Shown here: positions 36,901 to 51,900 of the stretch, in pieces | How the letters are laid out: the number at the start of each line of letters is the position of its first letter | Numbering within the stretch: the stretch's first letter is position 1 | From: Eledone cirrhosa | Taxonomy: Eukaryota | Direction of reading: 5' to 3' | Assembly (NCBI GenBank): GCA_964016885.1 | Contig: OZ024741.1 | Span: 391,344,001 to 391,408,000, forward strand | DNA length: 64,000 nucleotides | Notes under the pieces: generated by a model | Seen by the model: only the letters and a program-made list of their open reading frames with translations | What the model was told of the DNA's origin: nothing | Databases searched by the model: none | Position numbers and translations under genes: made by a program

Positions 36901-39900
36901 TACGGACAGACCTATGATAGGACAGAACTATGATCGGACAGAACTACGATCGGACAGACCTATGATCGGACAGAACTACGATCGGAAGGACCTATGATCG
37001 GACAGACCTACGATCGGACAGACCTACGATCGGACAGACCTATGATAGGACAGACCTATGATCGGATAGACCTACGATCGGACTGACCTATGTACGGACA
37101 GACCTATGATAGGACAGAACTATGATAGGACAGACCTATGACCCGACAGACCTATGATCCGACAGACCTATGATCGGACAGACCTATGATAGGACAGACC
37201 TATGATAGGACAAACCTATGATAGGACAGACCTATGATCGGATAGACCTATGATCGGACAGACCTATGATCGGACAGACCTATGATCGGTGAGACCTACG
37301 ATCGGACTGACCTATGTACGGACAGACCTATGATAGGACAGACCTATGATCGGATTGACCTACGAACGGACTGACCTATGTACGGACAGACCCATGATTG
37401 GACAGACCTATGATAGGACAGACATATGATCCGACAGACCTATGATCCGACAGACATGATCGGACAGACCTACGATCGGACAGACCTATGAACGGACAGA
37501 ACTACGATCGGACAGACCTATGATCGGACAGACCTACGATCGGACAGACCTATGATAGGACAGACATACGATCGGAAAGACCTATGATAGGACAGACCTA
37601 TGATAGGACAGACCTACGATCGGACAGACCTATGATAGGACAGACCTACGATCGGACAGACTTATGATAGGACAGACCTACGATCGGAAAGACCTATGAT
37701 AGGACATACCAATGATAGGACAGACCAATGATCGGACAGACCAACGATCGGACAGACCAACGATCGGACAGACTTATGATCGGACAGACCTACGATCGGA
37801 AAGACCTATGATCGGACAGACCTACGATCGGACAGACCTACGATCGGACAGACCTATGATCGGACAGACCTATGATAGGACAGACCTACGATCGGAAAGA
37901 CCTATGATCGGACAGACCTACGATAGGACAGACCTACGATCGGACAGACCAATGGTCGGACAGAACTACGATCGGACAGACCTATGATAGGACAGACCTA
38001 TGATCGGACAGACCTATGATGGGACAGACCTATGATCGTACAGACCTATGATCGGACAGAACTATGATGGGACAGATCTATGATGGGACAGACATATGAT
38101 CGGACAGACCTATGATCGGACAGACCTACGATCGGACAGACCTACGATCGGACAGACCTATGATAGGACAGACCTATGATAGGACAGACCTATGATAGGA
38201 CAGACCTATGATCGGACAGAACTATGATCGGACAGACCTACGATCGGACAGACCTAGGATCGGAAAGACCTATGATCGGACAGACCTATGATCGGACAGA
38301 CCTACGATCGGACAGACCTATGATCGGACAGACCTATGATCGGACAGATCTATGATGGGACAGACCTACTATCGGAAAGACCTACGATCGGACAGAACTA
38401 TGATCAGACAGAACTACGATCGGACAGAACTATGATCGGACAGACCTATGATCGGACAGAACTATGATCGGACAGACCTATGATAGGGCAGAACTATGAT
38501 CGGACAGATCTATGATAGGACAGACCTATGATAGGACAGACCTATGATAGGACAGACCTATGATAGGACAGACCTATGATAGGACAGACCTATGATCCGA
38601 CAGACCTATGATCGGACAGACTTATGATCGGACAGACCTATGATAGGACAGACCTATGAAAGGACAGAACTATGATCGGACAGATCTATGATAGGACAGA
38701 CCTATGATAGGACAGACCTATGATAGGACAGACCTATGATCGGACAGACCTATGATCGGACAGAACTACGATCGGACAGACCTATGATGGGACAGACCTA
38801 TGATCGGACAGACCTATGATAGGACAGACCTATTATCAGACAGAACTATGATCGGACTGACCTATGATGGGACAGACCTATGATCGGACAGACCTATGAT
38901 CGGACAGAACTATGATAGGACAGACCTATGATAGGACAGACCTATGATAGGACAGACCTATGATCCGACAGAACTATGATCGGACAGACCTATGATCGGA
39001 AAGACCTACGATCTGACAGACCTATGATCGGACAGAGCTACGATCGGACAGACCTATGATCGGATAGACCTATGATAAAACAGACCTATGATCAGACAAA
39101 CCTATGATCGGACAGACCTATGATCGTACAGACCTACGATAGGACAGACCTATGATACGTCAGAATTATGATCGGACAGACCTATGATAGGACAGAACTA
39201 TGATAGGACAAACCTATGATAGGACAGACCTATAATCGGACAGACCTATGATCGGACAGACCTATGATCGGTGAGACCTACGATCGGACTGACCTATGTA
39301 CGGACAGACCTATGATAGGACAGAACTATGATCGGACAGACCTACGATCGGACAGACCTATGATCGGACAGAACTACGATCGGACAGACCTATGATCGGT
39401 CAGACCTACGATCGGACAGACCTACGATCGGACACACCTATGATAGGACAGACCTATGATCGGATAGACCTACGATCGGACTGACCTATGTACGGACAGA
39501 CCTATGATCGGACAGACCTATGATCGGACAGAACTACAATCGGACAGACCTATGATAGGACAGACCTATGATCGGACAGACCTATGATGGGATAGACCTA
39601 TCATCGTACAGAACTATGATCGGACAGACTTATGATGGGACAGACCTATGATGGGACAGACATATGATCGGACAGCCTATGATCGGACAGCCGTACGATC
39701 GGACAGACCTATGATAGGACAGACCTATGATCGGACAGAACTATGATCGGACAGACCTACTCTCGTACAGACCTATGATCGGACAGACCTATGATCGGAC
39801 AGACCTATGATCGGACAGACCTATGATAGGACAAACATATGATCGGACAGACATATGATAGGACAGGCCTATGATCAGACAGACCTATGATCAGACAGAC

Positions 39901-42900
39901 CTATGATAGGACAGACCTATGATCAGACAAACCTATGATCGGACAGACCTATGATGGGACAGAACTACGTTCGGACAAACCTATGATCGGTAAGACCTAT
40001 GATCTGACGGACCTATGATCGGACAGAGCTACGATCGGACAGACCTATGATAAGACAGACCTATGATCGGACAGACCTATGATCGGAAAGACCTATGATC
40101 GTACAGACCTATGATAGGACAGAACTATGATCGGACAGACCTACGATCGAAAAGACCTATGATGGGACAGACCTATGATCGGACAGACCTATGATGGGAC
40201 AGACCTATGATCGGACAGAACTATGATCGGACAGACCTACGATCGGACAGACCTAGGATCGGAAAGACCTATGATCGGACAGACCTATGATCGGACAGAC
40301 CTACGATCGGACAGACCTATGATCGGACAGACCTATGATCGGACAGATCTATGATGGGACAGACCTACTATCGGAAAGACCTACGATCGGACAGAACTAT
40401 GATCAGACAGAACTACGATCGGACAGAACTATGATCGGACAGACCTATGATCGGACAGAACTATGATCGGACAGACCTATGATAGGGCAGAACTATGATC
40501 GGACAGATCTATGATAGGACAGACCTATGATAGGACAGACCTATGATAGGACAGACCTATGATAGGACAGACCTATGATAGGACAGACCTATGATCCGAC
40601 AGACCTATGATCGGACAGACTTATGATCGGACAGACCTATGATAGGACAGACCTATGAAAGGACAGAACTATGATCGGACAGATCTATGATAGGACAGAC
40701 CTATGATAGGACAGACCTATGATAGGACAGACCTATGATCGGACAGACCTATGATCGGACAGAACTACGATCGGACAGACCTATGATGGGACAGACCTAT
40801 GATCGGACAGACCTATGATCGGACAGACCTATGATAGGACAGACCTATTATCGGACAGAACTATGATCGGACTGACCTATGATGGGACAGACCTATGATC
40901 GGACAGACCTATGATCGGACAGAACTATGATAGGACAGACCTATGATAGGACAGACCTATGATAGGACAGACCTATGATCCGACAGAACTATGATCGGAC
41001 AGACCTATGATCGGAAAGACCTACGATCTGACAGACCTATGATCGGACAGAGCTACGATCGGACAGACCTATGATCGGATAGACCTATGATAAAACAGAC
41101 CTATGATCAGACAAACCTATGATCGGACAGACCTATGATCGTACAGACCTACGATAGGACAGACCTATGATACGTCAGAATTATGATCGGACAGACCTAT
41201 GATAGGACAGAACTATGATAGGACAAACCTATGATAGGACAGACCTATAATCGGACAGACCTATGATCGGACAGACCTATGATCGGTGAGAACTACGATC
41301 GGACTGACCTATGTACGGACAGACCTATGATAGGACAGAACTATGATCGGACAGACCTACGATCGGACAGACCTATGATCGGACAGAACTACGATCGGAC
41401 AGACCTATGATCGGACAGACCTACGATCGGACAGACCTACGATCGGACACACCTATGATAGGACAGACCTATGATCGGATAGACCTACGATCGGACTGAC
41501 CTATGTACGGACAGACCTATGATCGGACAGACCTATGATCGGACAGAACTACAATCGGACAGACCTATGATAGGACAGACCTATGATCGGACAGACCTAT
41601 GATGGGATAGACCTATCATCGTACAGAACTATGATCGGACAGACTTATGATGGGACAGACCTATGATGGGACAGACATATGATCGGACAGCCTATGATCG
41701 GACAGCCGTACGATCGGACAGACCTATGATAGGACAGACCTATGATCGGACAGAACTATGATCGGACAGACCTACTCTCGTACAGACCTATGATCGGACA
41801 GACCTATGATCGGACAGACCTATGATCGGACAGACCTATGATAGGACAAACATATGATCGGACAGACATATGATAGGACAGGCCTATGATCAGACAGACC
41901 TATGATAGGACAGACCTATGATCAGACAAACCTATGATCGGACAGACCTATGATGGGACAGAACTACGTTCGGACAAACCTATGATCGGTAAGACCTATG
42001 ATCTGACGGACCTATGATCGGACAGAGCTACGATCGGACAGACCTATGATCGGTTAGACCTATGATAAGACAGACCTATGATCGGACAGACCTATGATCG
42101 GAAAGACCTATGATCGTACAGACCTATGATAGGACAGAACTATGATCGGACAGACCTACGATCGAAAAGACCTATGATGGGACAGACCTATGATCGGACA
42201 GACCTATGATGGGACAGACCTATGATCGGACAGACCTATGATAGGACAGACCTATGATCGGACAGAACTATGCTCGGACTGACCTGTGATCGGACAGACC
42301 TATGATCGGACAGACCTATGATCGGACAGACCTATGATCAGACAGAGCTACGAACGGACAGACCTACGATCGGACAAAACTACGATCGGACAGACCTATG
42401 ATGGGACAGACCTATGATCGGACAGACCTATGATAGCACAGACCTATGATCGGACAGAACTATGATCGGACTGACCTGTGATTGGACAGACCTATGATCG
42501 GACAGCCCTATGGTCGGACAGAACTACGATCTGACAGACCTATGATCGGACAGAGCTACGATCGGACAGACCTATGATCGGATAGACCTATGATAAGACA
42601 GACCTATGATCGGACAAACCTATGATCGGACAGACCTATGATCGTACAGACCTATGATAGGACAGACCTATGATCGGACAGACCTACGATCGGACAGACC
42701 TATGATGGGACAGAACTATGATAGGACAGACCTATGATCCGACAGACCTATGATCCGACAGACCTATGATCGGACAGACCTATGATCGGACAGAACTACG
42801 ATCGGACAGACGTATGATCGGACAGAACGATGATCGGACAGACCTATGATCGGACAGACCTATGATCGGACAGAACTACGATCGGACAGACCTATGATAG

Positions 42901-45900
42901 GACAGACCTATGATCGGAGAGACCTATGATGGGACAGACCTATGATCGTACAGAACTATGATCGGACAGACCTATGATGGGACAGACCTATGATGGGATA
43001 GACATATGATCGGACAGACCTATGATCGGACAGCCGTACGATCGGACAGACCTATGATAGGACAGACCTATGATCGGACAGAACTACGATCGGACTGACC
43101 TATGTACGGACAGACCTATGATAGCACAGAACTATGATCGGACAGACCTACGATCGGACAGACCTATGATCGGACAGACCTACGATCGGAGAGACCTACG
43201 ATCGGACAGACCTATGATAGGACAGACCTATGATCGGATAGATCTACGATCGGAGAGACCGATTATTGGACAGAACTATGATTGGACAGACATATGATCC
43301 GACAGACCTATGATCCGACTGACATGATCGGACAGACCTACGATCGGACAGACCTATGATCGGACAGAACTACGATCGGACAGACCTATGATCGGACAGA
43401 CCTACGATCGGACAGACCTATGATAGGACAGACATACGATCGGAAAGACCTATGGTAGGACAGACCTACGATCGGACAGACCTATGATAGGACAGACCTA
43501 CGATCGGACAGACCTATGATAGGACAGACCTATGATCAGACAGACCTATGATTGGACAGACCTATGATCGGACAGACCTATGATGGGACAAAACTACGAT
43601 CGGACAAACCTATGATCGGAAAGACCTACGATCTGACGGACCTATGATCGGACAGAGCTACGATCGGACAGACCTATGATCGGATACACCTATGATAAGA
43701 CAGACCTATGATCGGACAGAACTACGATCGGACAGATCTATGATGGGACAGACCTATGATCGGACAGACCTATGATAGGACAGACCTATGATAGGACAGA
43801 CCTATGATCGGACTGACCTGTGATTGGACAGACCTATGATCGGACAGACCTTCGATCGGACAGACCTATGATCGGAAAGACCTACGATCTGACAGACCTA
43901 TGATCGGACAGAGCTACGATCGGATAGACCTACGATCGGATAGACCTATGATAAGACAGACCTATGATCGGACAGACCTATGATAGGACAGACCTATGAT
44001 ACGACAGAATTATGATCGGACAGACCTATGATAGGACAGACCTATGATAGGACAAACCTATGATAGGACAGACCTATGATCGGACAGACCTATGATCGGA
44101 CAGACCGATGATCGGTGAGACTTACCATCGGACTGACCTATGTACGGACAGACCTATGATAGGACAGAACTATGATCGGACAGAACTACGATCGGACAGA
44201 CCTATGATCGGACAGAACTACGATCGGAAAACCTATGATCGGACAGACCTACGATCGGACAGACCTACGATCGGACAGACCTATGATAGGACAGACCTAT
44301 GATCGGATAGACCTACGATCGGACTGACCTATGTACGGACAGACCTATGATAGGACAGAACTATGATAGGACAGACCAATGATCCGACAGACCTATGATC
44401 GGACAGACCTATGATCGGACAGACCTATGATAGGACAGACCTATGATAGGACAAACCTATGATAGGACAGACCTATGATCGGATAGACCTATGATCGGAC
44501 AGACCTATGATCGGACAGACCTATGATCGGTGAGACCTACGATCGGACTGACCTATGTACGGACAGACCCATGATCGGACGGAACTACGATCGGAAAGAC
44601 CTATGATCGGACAGACCTACGATCGGACTGACCTATGTACGGATAGACCCATGATTGGACAGAACTATGATCCGACAGACCTATGATCCGACAGACATGA
44701 TCGGACAGACCTACGATCGGACAGACCTATGATAGGACAGACATACGATCGGAAAGACCTATGATAGGACAGACCTACGATCGGACAGACCTATGATAGG
44801 ACAGACCTACGATCGGACAGACCTATGATAGGACAGACCTACGATCGGAAAGACCTATGATAGGACATACCAATGATAGGACAGACCAATGATCGGACAG
44901 ACCAACGATCGGACAGACTTATGATCGGACAGACCTACGATCGGAAAGACCTATGATCGGACAGACCTATGATAGGACAGACCTACGATCGGAAAGACCT
45001 ATGATCGGACAGACCTATGATAGGACAGACCTATGATAGGACAGACCTACGATCGGAAAGACCTATGATCGGACAGACCTACGATAGGACAGACCTATGA
45101 TAGGACAGACCTATGATCGGACAGACCTATGATGGGACAGACCTATGATCGTACAGACCTATGATCGGACAGAACTATGATGGGACAGATCTATGATTGG
45201 ACAGACATATGATCGGACAGACCTACGATCGGACAGACCTATGATAGGACAGACCTATGATAGGACAGACCTATGATCGGACAGAACTATGATCGGACAG
45301 ACCTACGATCGGACAGACCTAGGATCGGAAAGACCTATGATCGGACAGACCTATGATCGGACAGACCTACGATCGGACAGACCTATAATCGGACAGACCT
45401 ATGATCGGACAGATCTATGATGGGACAGACCTACTATCGGAAAGACCTACGATCGGACAGAACTATGATCAGACAGAACTACGATCTGACAGAACTATGA
45501 TCGGACAGACCTATGATAGGGCAGAACTATGATCCGACAGACCTATGATCGGACAGACCTATGATCAGACAGACCTATGATCAGACAGACCTATGATAGG
45601 ACAGACCTATGATCGGACAGACCTATGATCGGACAGACCTATGATGGGACAGAACTACGATCGGACAAACCTATGATCGGAAAGACCTACGATCTGACGG
45701 ACCTATGATCGGACAGAGCTACGATCGGACAGACCTATGATCGGATACACCTATGATAAGACAGACCTATGATCGGACAGACCTATGATCTGACAGACCT
45801 ATGATCGTACAGATATATGATAGGACAGACCTATGATCGGACAGACCTACGATCGAAAAGACCTATGATGGGACAGACCTATGATCGGACAGACCTATGA

Positions 45901-48900
45901 AAGGACAGAACTATGATCGGACAGATCTATGATAGGACAGACCTATGATAGGACAGACCTATGATAGGACAGACCTATGATCGGACAGACCTATGATTGG
46001 ACAGAACTACGATCGGACAGACCTATGATGGGACAGACCTATGATCGGACAGACATATGATAGGACAGACCTATTATCGGACAGACCTACGATCGGACAG
46101 ACCTATGATCGGAAAGACCTACGATCTGACAGACCTATGATCGGACAGAGCTACGATCGGACAGACCTATGATCGGATAGACCTATGATAAGACAGACCT
46201 ATGATCAGACAAACCTATGATCGGACAGACCTATGATCGTACAGACCTATGATAGGACAGACCTATGATTGGACAGACCTACGATCGCACAGACCTATGA
46301 TGGGACAGATTTATGATACGACAGAATTATGATAGGACAGACCTATGATAGGACAGACCTATGATCGGACAGACCTATGATCGGACAGACCTATGATTGG
46401 TGAGACCTACGATCGGACTGACCTATGTACGGACAGACCTATGATAGGACAGAACTATGATCGGACAGACCTACGATCGGACAGACCTATGATCGGACAG
46501 AACTACGATCGGACAGACCTATGATCGGACAGACCTATGATCGGACAGACCTACGATCGGACAGACCTACGATCGGACAGACATATGATAGGACAGACCT
46601 ATGATCGGATAGACCTACGATCGGACTGACCTATGTACGGACAGATCTATGATAGGACAGAACTATGATAGGACAGACCTATGATCCGACAGACCTATGA
46701 TCCGACAGACCTATGATCGGACAGACCTATGATCGGACAGAACTACGATCGGACCGAACTATGATCGGACAGAGCTATGATCGGACAGAACTACGATCGG
46801 ACAGACCTATGATCGGACAGAACTATGATCGGACAGACCTATGATCGGACAGAACTATGATCGGACAGACCTATGATGGGACAGACCTATGATGGGACAG
46901 ACATATGATCGGACAGACCTATGATCGGACAGCCGTACGATCGGACAGACCTATGATAGGGCAGACCTATGATCGGACAGAACTATGATCGGACAGACCT
47001 ACGATCGGACAGACCTACGATCGGAAAGACCTATGATGGGACAGACCTATGATCGGACAGACCTATGATCGGACAGACCTATGATAGGACAGACATATGA
47101 TCGGACAGACATATGATAGGACAGACCTGCGATCGGGCAGACCTATGATAGGACAGAACTATGATCCGACAGACCCATGATCAGACAGACCTATGATCAG
47201 ACAGACCTATGATGGGACAGACCTATGATCGTACAGAACTATGATCGGACAGACCTATGATGGGACAGACCTACGATCGGAAAGACCTAAAATCGGACAG
47301 ACCTTTGATCGTACAGAATTATGATCGGACAGACCTATGATGGGACAGACCTATGATGGGACAGACCTATGATCGGACAGAACTATGATCGGACAGACCT
47401 ACGATCGGACAGACCTACGATCGGAAAGACCTATAATCGGACAGATCTATGATCGGACAGACCTACGATCGGACAGACCAATGATCGGACAGACCTATGA
47501 TCGGACAGACCTATGATGGGACAGACCTACGATCGGACAGACCTATGATAGGACAGAATTATGATCGGCAGACCTACTCTCGGACAGACCTATGATCGGA
47601 CAGACCTATGATCGGACAGACCTATGATCGGACAGACCTATGATAGGACAGACATCTGATCGGACAGACATATGATAGGACAGGCCTATGATCGGACAGA
47701 TCTATGATCGGACAGACCTATGATCGGACAGACCTACGATCGGACAGACCTACGATCGGGCAGACCTATGATAGGACAGAACTATGATCCGACAGACCCA
47801 TGATCAGACAGAGCTATGATCAGACAGACCTATGATAGGACAGACCTATGATCGGACAAACCTATGATCGGACAGACCTATGATGGGACAGAACTATGTT
47901 CGGACAAACCTATGATCGGAAAGACCTATGATCTGACGGACCTATGATCGTACAGAGCTACGATCGGACAGACCTATAATCGGTTAGACCTATGATAAGA
48001 CAGACCTATGATCGGACAGACCTAGGATCGGACAGACCTATGATCGTACAGACCTATGATAGGACAGAACTATGATCGGACAGACCTACGATCGAAAAGA
48101 CCTATGATAGGACAGACCTATGATCGGACAGACCTATGATGGGACAGACCTATGATCGGACAGACCTATGATAGGACAGACCTATGATCGGACAGAACTA
48201 TGATCGGACTGACCTGTGATCGGACAGACCTATGATCGGACAGACCTATGATCGGACAGACCTATGATCAGACAGAGCTACGATCGGACAGACCTACGAT
48301 CGGACAAAATTACGATCGGACAGACCTATGATCGGACAGACCTATGATAGGACAGACCTATGATCGGACAGAACTATGATCGGACTGACCTGTGATTGGA
48401 CAGACCTATGATCGGACAGCCATATGGTCGGACAGAACTACGATCTGACAGACCTATGATCGGACAGATCTACGATCGGACAGACCTATGATCGGATAGA
48501 CCTATGATAAGACAGACCTATGATCGGACAAACCTATGATCGGACAGACCTATGATCGTACAGACCTATGATCGTACAGACATATGATAGGACAGACCTA
48601 CGATCGGACAGACCTATGATGGGACAGAACTATGATAGGACAGACCTATGATCCGACAGACCAATGATCCGACAGACCTATGATCGGACAGACCTATGAT
48701 CGGACAGAACTACGATCGGACCGAACTATGATCGGACAGAGCTATGATCGGACAGACCTATGATCGGACAGACCTACGATCGGACAGACCTATGATCGGA
48801 CAGAACTATGATCGGACAGACCTATGATCGGACAGACCTATGATCGGACAGACCTCTGATCGGACAGAACTACGATCGGACAGACCTATGATAGGACCGA

Positions 48901-51900
48901 CCTATGATCGGTCAGACCTATGGGATGGGACAGACCTATGATCGTACAGAACTATGATCGGACAGACCTATGATTGGACAGACCTATGATGGGACAGACA
49001 TATGATCGGACAGACCTATGATCGGACAGCCGTACGATCGGACAGACCTATGATAGGACAGACCTATGATCGGACAGAACTATGATCGGACAGACCTACG
49101 ATCGGACAGACCTACGATCGGAAAGACCTATGATCGGACAGACCTATGATCGGACAGACCTACGATCGGACAGACCAATGATCGGACAGACCTATGATGG
49201 GACAGACCTACGATCGGACAGACCTATGATAGGACAGAATTATGATCGGACAGATCTACTCTCGGACAGACCTATGATCGGACAGACCTATGATCGGACA
49301 GACCTATGATCGGTCAGACCTATGATCGGACAGACCTATGATAAGACAGACATATGATCGGACAGACATATGATAGGACAGGCCTATGATCGGACAGACC
49401 TATGATCGGACAGACCTATGATAGGACAGACCTACGATCGGACACACCTACGATCGTGTAGACCTATGATAGGACAGAACTATGATCCGTCAGACCTATG
49501 ATCAGACAGACCTATGATCAGACAGACCTATGATAGGACAGACCTATGATCACACAGACCTATGATGGGACAGAACTACGTTCGGACAAACCTCTGATCG
49601 GAAAGACCTATGATCTGACGGACCTATGATCGGACAGAGCTACGATCGGACAGACCTATGATCGGTTAGACCTATGATAAGTCAGACCTATGATCGGACA
49701 GACCTATGATCGGACAGACCTATGATCGGACAGACCTATGATCGTACAGACCTATGATAGGACAGAACTATGATCGGACAGACCTACGATCGAAAAGACC
49801 TATGATAGGACAGACCTATGATCGGACAGACCTATGATGGGACAGACCTATGTTCGGACAGACCTATGATAGGACAGAACTACGTTCGGACAGACCTATG
49901 ATCGTACAGAACTATGATCGGACAGACCTATGATGGGACAGACCTATGATGGGACAGACCTATGATCGGACAGAACTATGATCGGACAGACCTACGATCG
50001 GACAGACCTACGATCGGAAAGACCTATAATCGGACAGACCTATGATCGGACAGACCTACGATCGGACAGACCAATGATCGGACAGACCTATGATCGGACA
50101 GACCTATGATGGGACAGACCTACGATCGTACAGACCTATGATAGGACAGAATTATGATCGGACAGACCTACTCTCGGACAGACCTATGATCGGACAGACC
50201 TATGATCGGACAGACCTATGATCGGACAGACCTATGATGGGACAGACATATGATCGGACAGACATATGATAGGACAGGCCTATGATCGGACAGACCTATG
50301 ATCGGACAGACCTATGATCGGACAGACCTACGATCGGACAGACCTACGATCGGGAAGACCTATGATAGGACAGAACTATGATCGGACAGACCTACGATCG
50401 AAAAGACCTATGATAGGACAGACCTATGATCCGACAGACCTATGATGGGACAGACCTATGATCGGACAGACCTATGATAGGACAGACCTATGATCGGACA
50501 GAACTATGATCGGACTGACCTGTGATCGGACAGACCTATGATCGGACAGACCTATGATCGGACAGACCTATGATCAGACAGAGCTACGATCGGACAGACC
50601 TACGATCGGACAAAATTACGATTGGACAGACCTATGATGGGACAGAACTATGATCGGACAGACCTATGATAGGACAGACCTATGATCGGACAGAACTATG
50701 ATCGGACTGACCTGTGATTGGACAGACCTATGATCGGACAGCCATATGGTCGGACAGAACACGATCTGACAGACCTATGATCGGACAGAGCTACGATCGG
50801 ACAGACCTATGATCGGATAGACCTATGATAAGACAGACCTATGATCGGACAAACCTATGATCGGACAGACCTATGATCGGACAGCCGTACGATCGGACAG
50901 ACCTATGATCGGTCAGACCTATGATCGGACAGACCTATGATAGGACAGACATATGATCGGACAGACATATGATAGGACAGGCCTATGATCGGACAGACCT
51001 ATGATCGGACAGACCTATGATAGGACAGACCTACGATCGGACACACCTACGATCGGGTAGACCTATGATAGGACAGAACTATGATCTGTCAGACCTATGA
51101 TCAGACAGACCTATGATCAGACAGACCTATGATAGGACAGACCTATGATCGGACAAACCTATGATCGGACAGACCTATGATGGGACAGAACTACGTTCGG
51201 ACAAACCTGTGATCGGAAAGACCTATGATCTGACGGACCTATGATCGGACAGACCTATGATCGGACAGACCTATGATCGGACAGACCTATGATCGTACAG
51301 ACCTATGATAGGACAGAACTATGATCGGACAGACCTACGATCGAAAAGACCTATGATCGGACAGCCATATGGTCGGACAGAACTACGATCTGACAGACCT
51401 ATGATCGGACAGATCTACGATCGGACAGACCTATGATCGGATAGACCTATGATAAGACAGACCTATGATCGGACAAACCTATGATCGGACAGACCTATGA
51501 TCGTACAGACCTATGATCGTACAGACATATGATAGGACAGACCTACGATCGGACAGACCTATGATGGGACAGAACTATGATAGGACAGACCTATGATCCG
51601 ACAGACCAATGATCCGACAGACCTATGATCGGACAGACCTATGATCGGACAGAACTACGATCGGACCGAACTATGATCGGACAGAGCTATGATCGGACAG
51701 ACCTATGATCGGACAGACCTACGATCGGACAGACCTATGATCGGACAGAACTATGATCGGACAGACCTATGATCGGACAGACCTATGATCGGACAGACCT
51801 CTGATCGGACAGAACTACGATCGGACAGACCTATGATAGGACCGACCTATGATCGGTCAGACCTATGGGATGGGACAGACCTATGATCGTACAGAACTAT

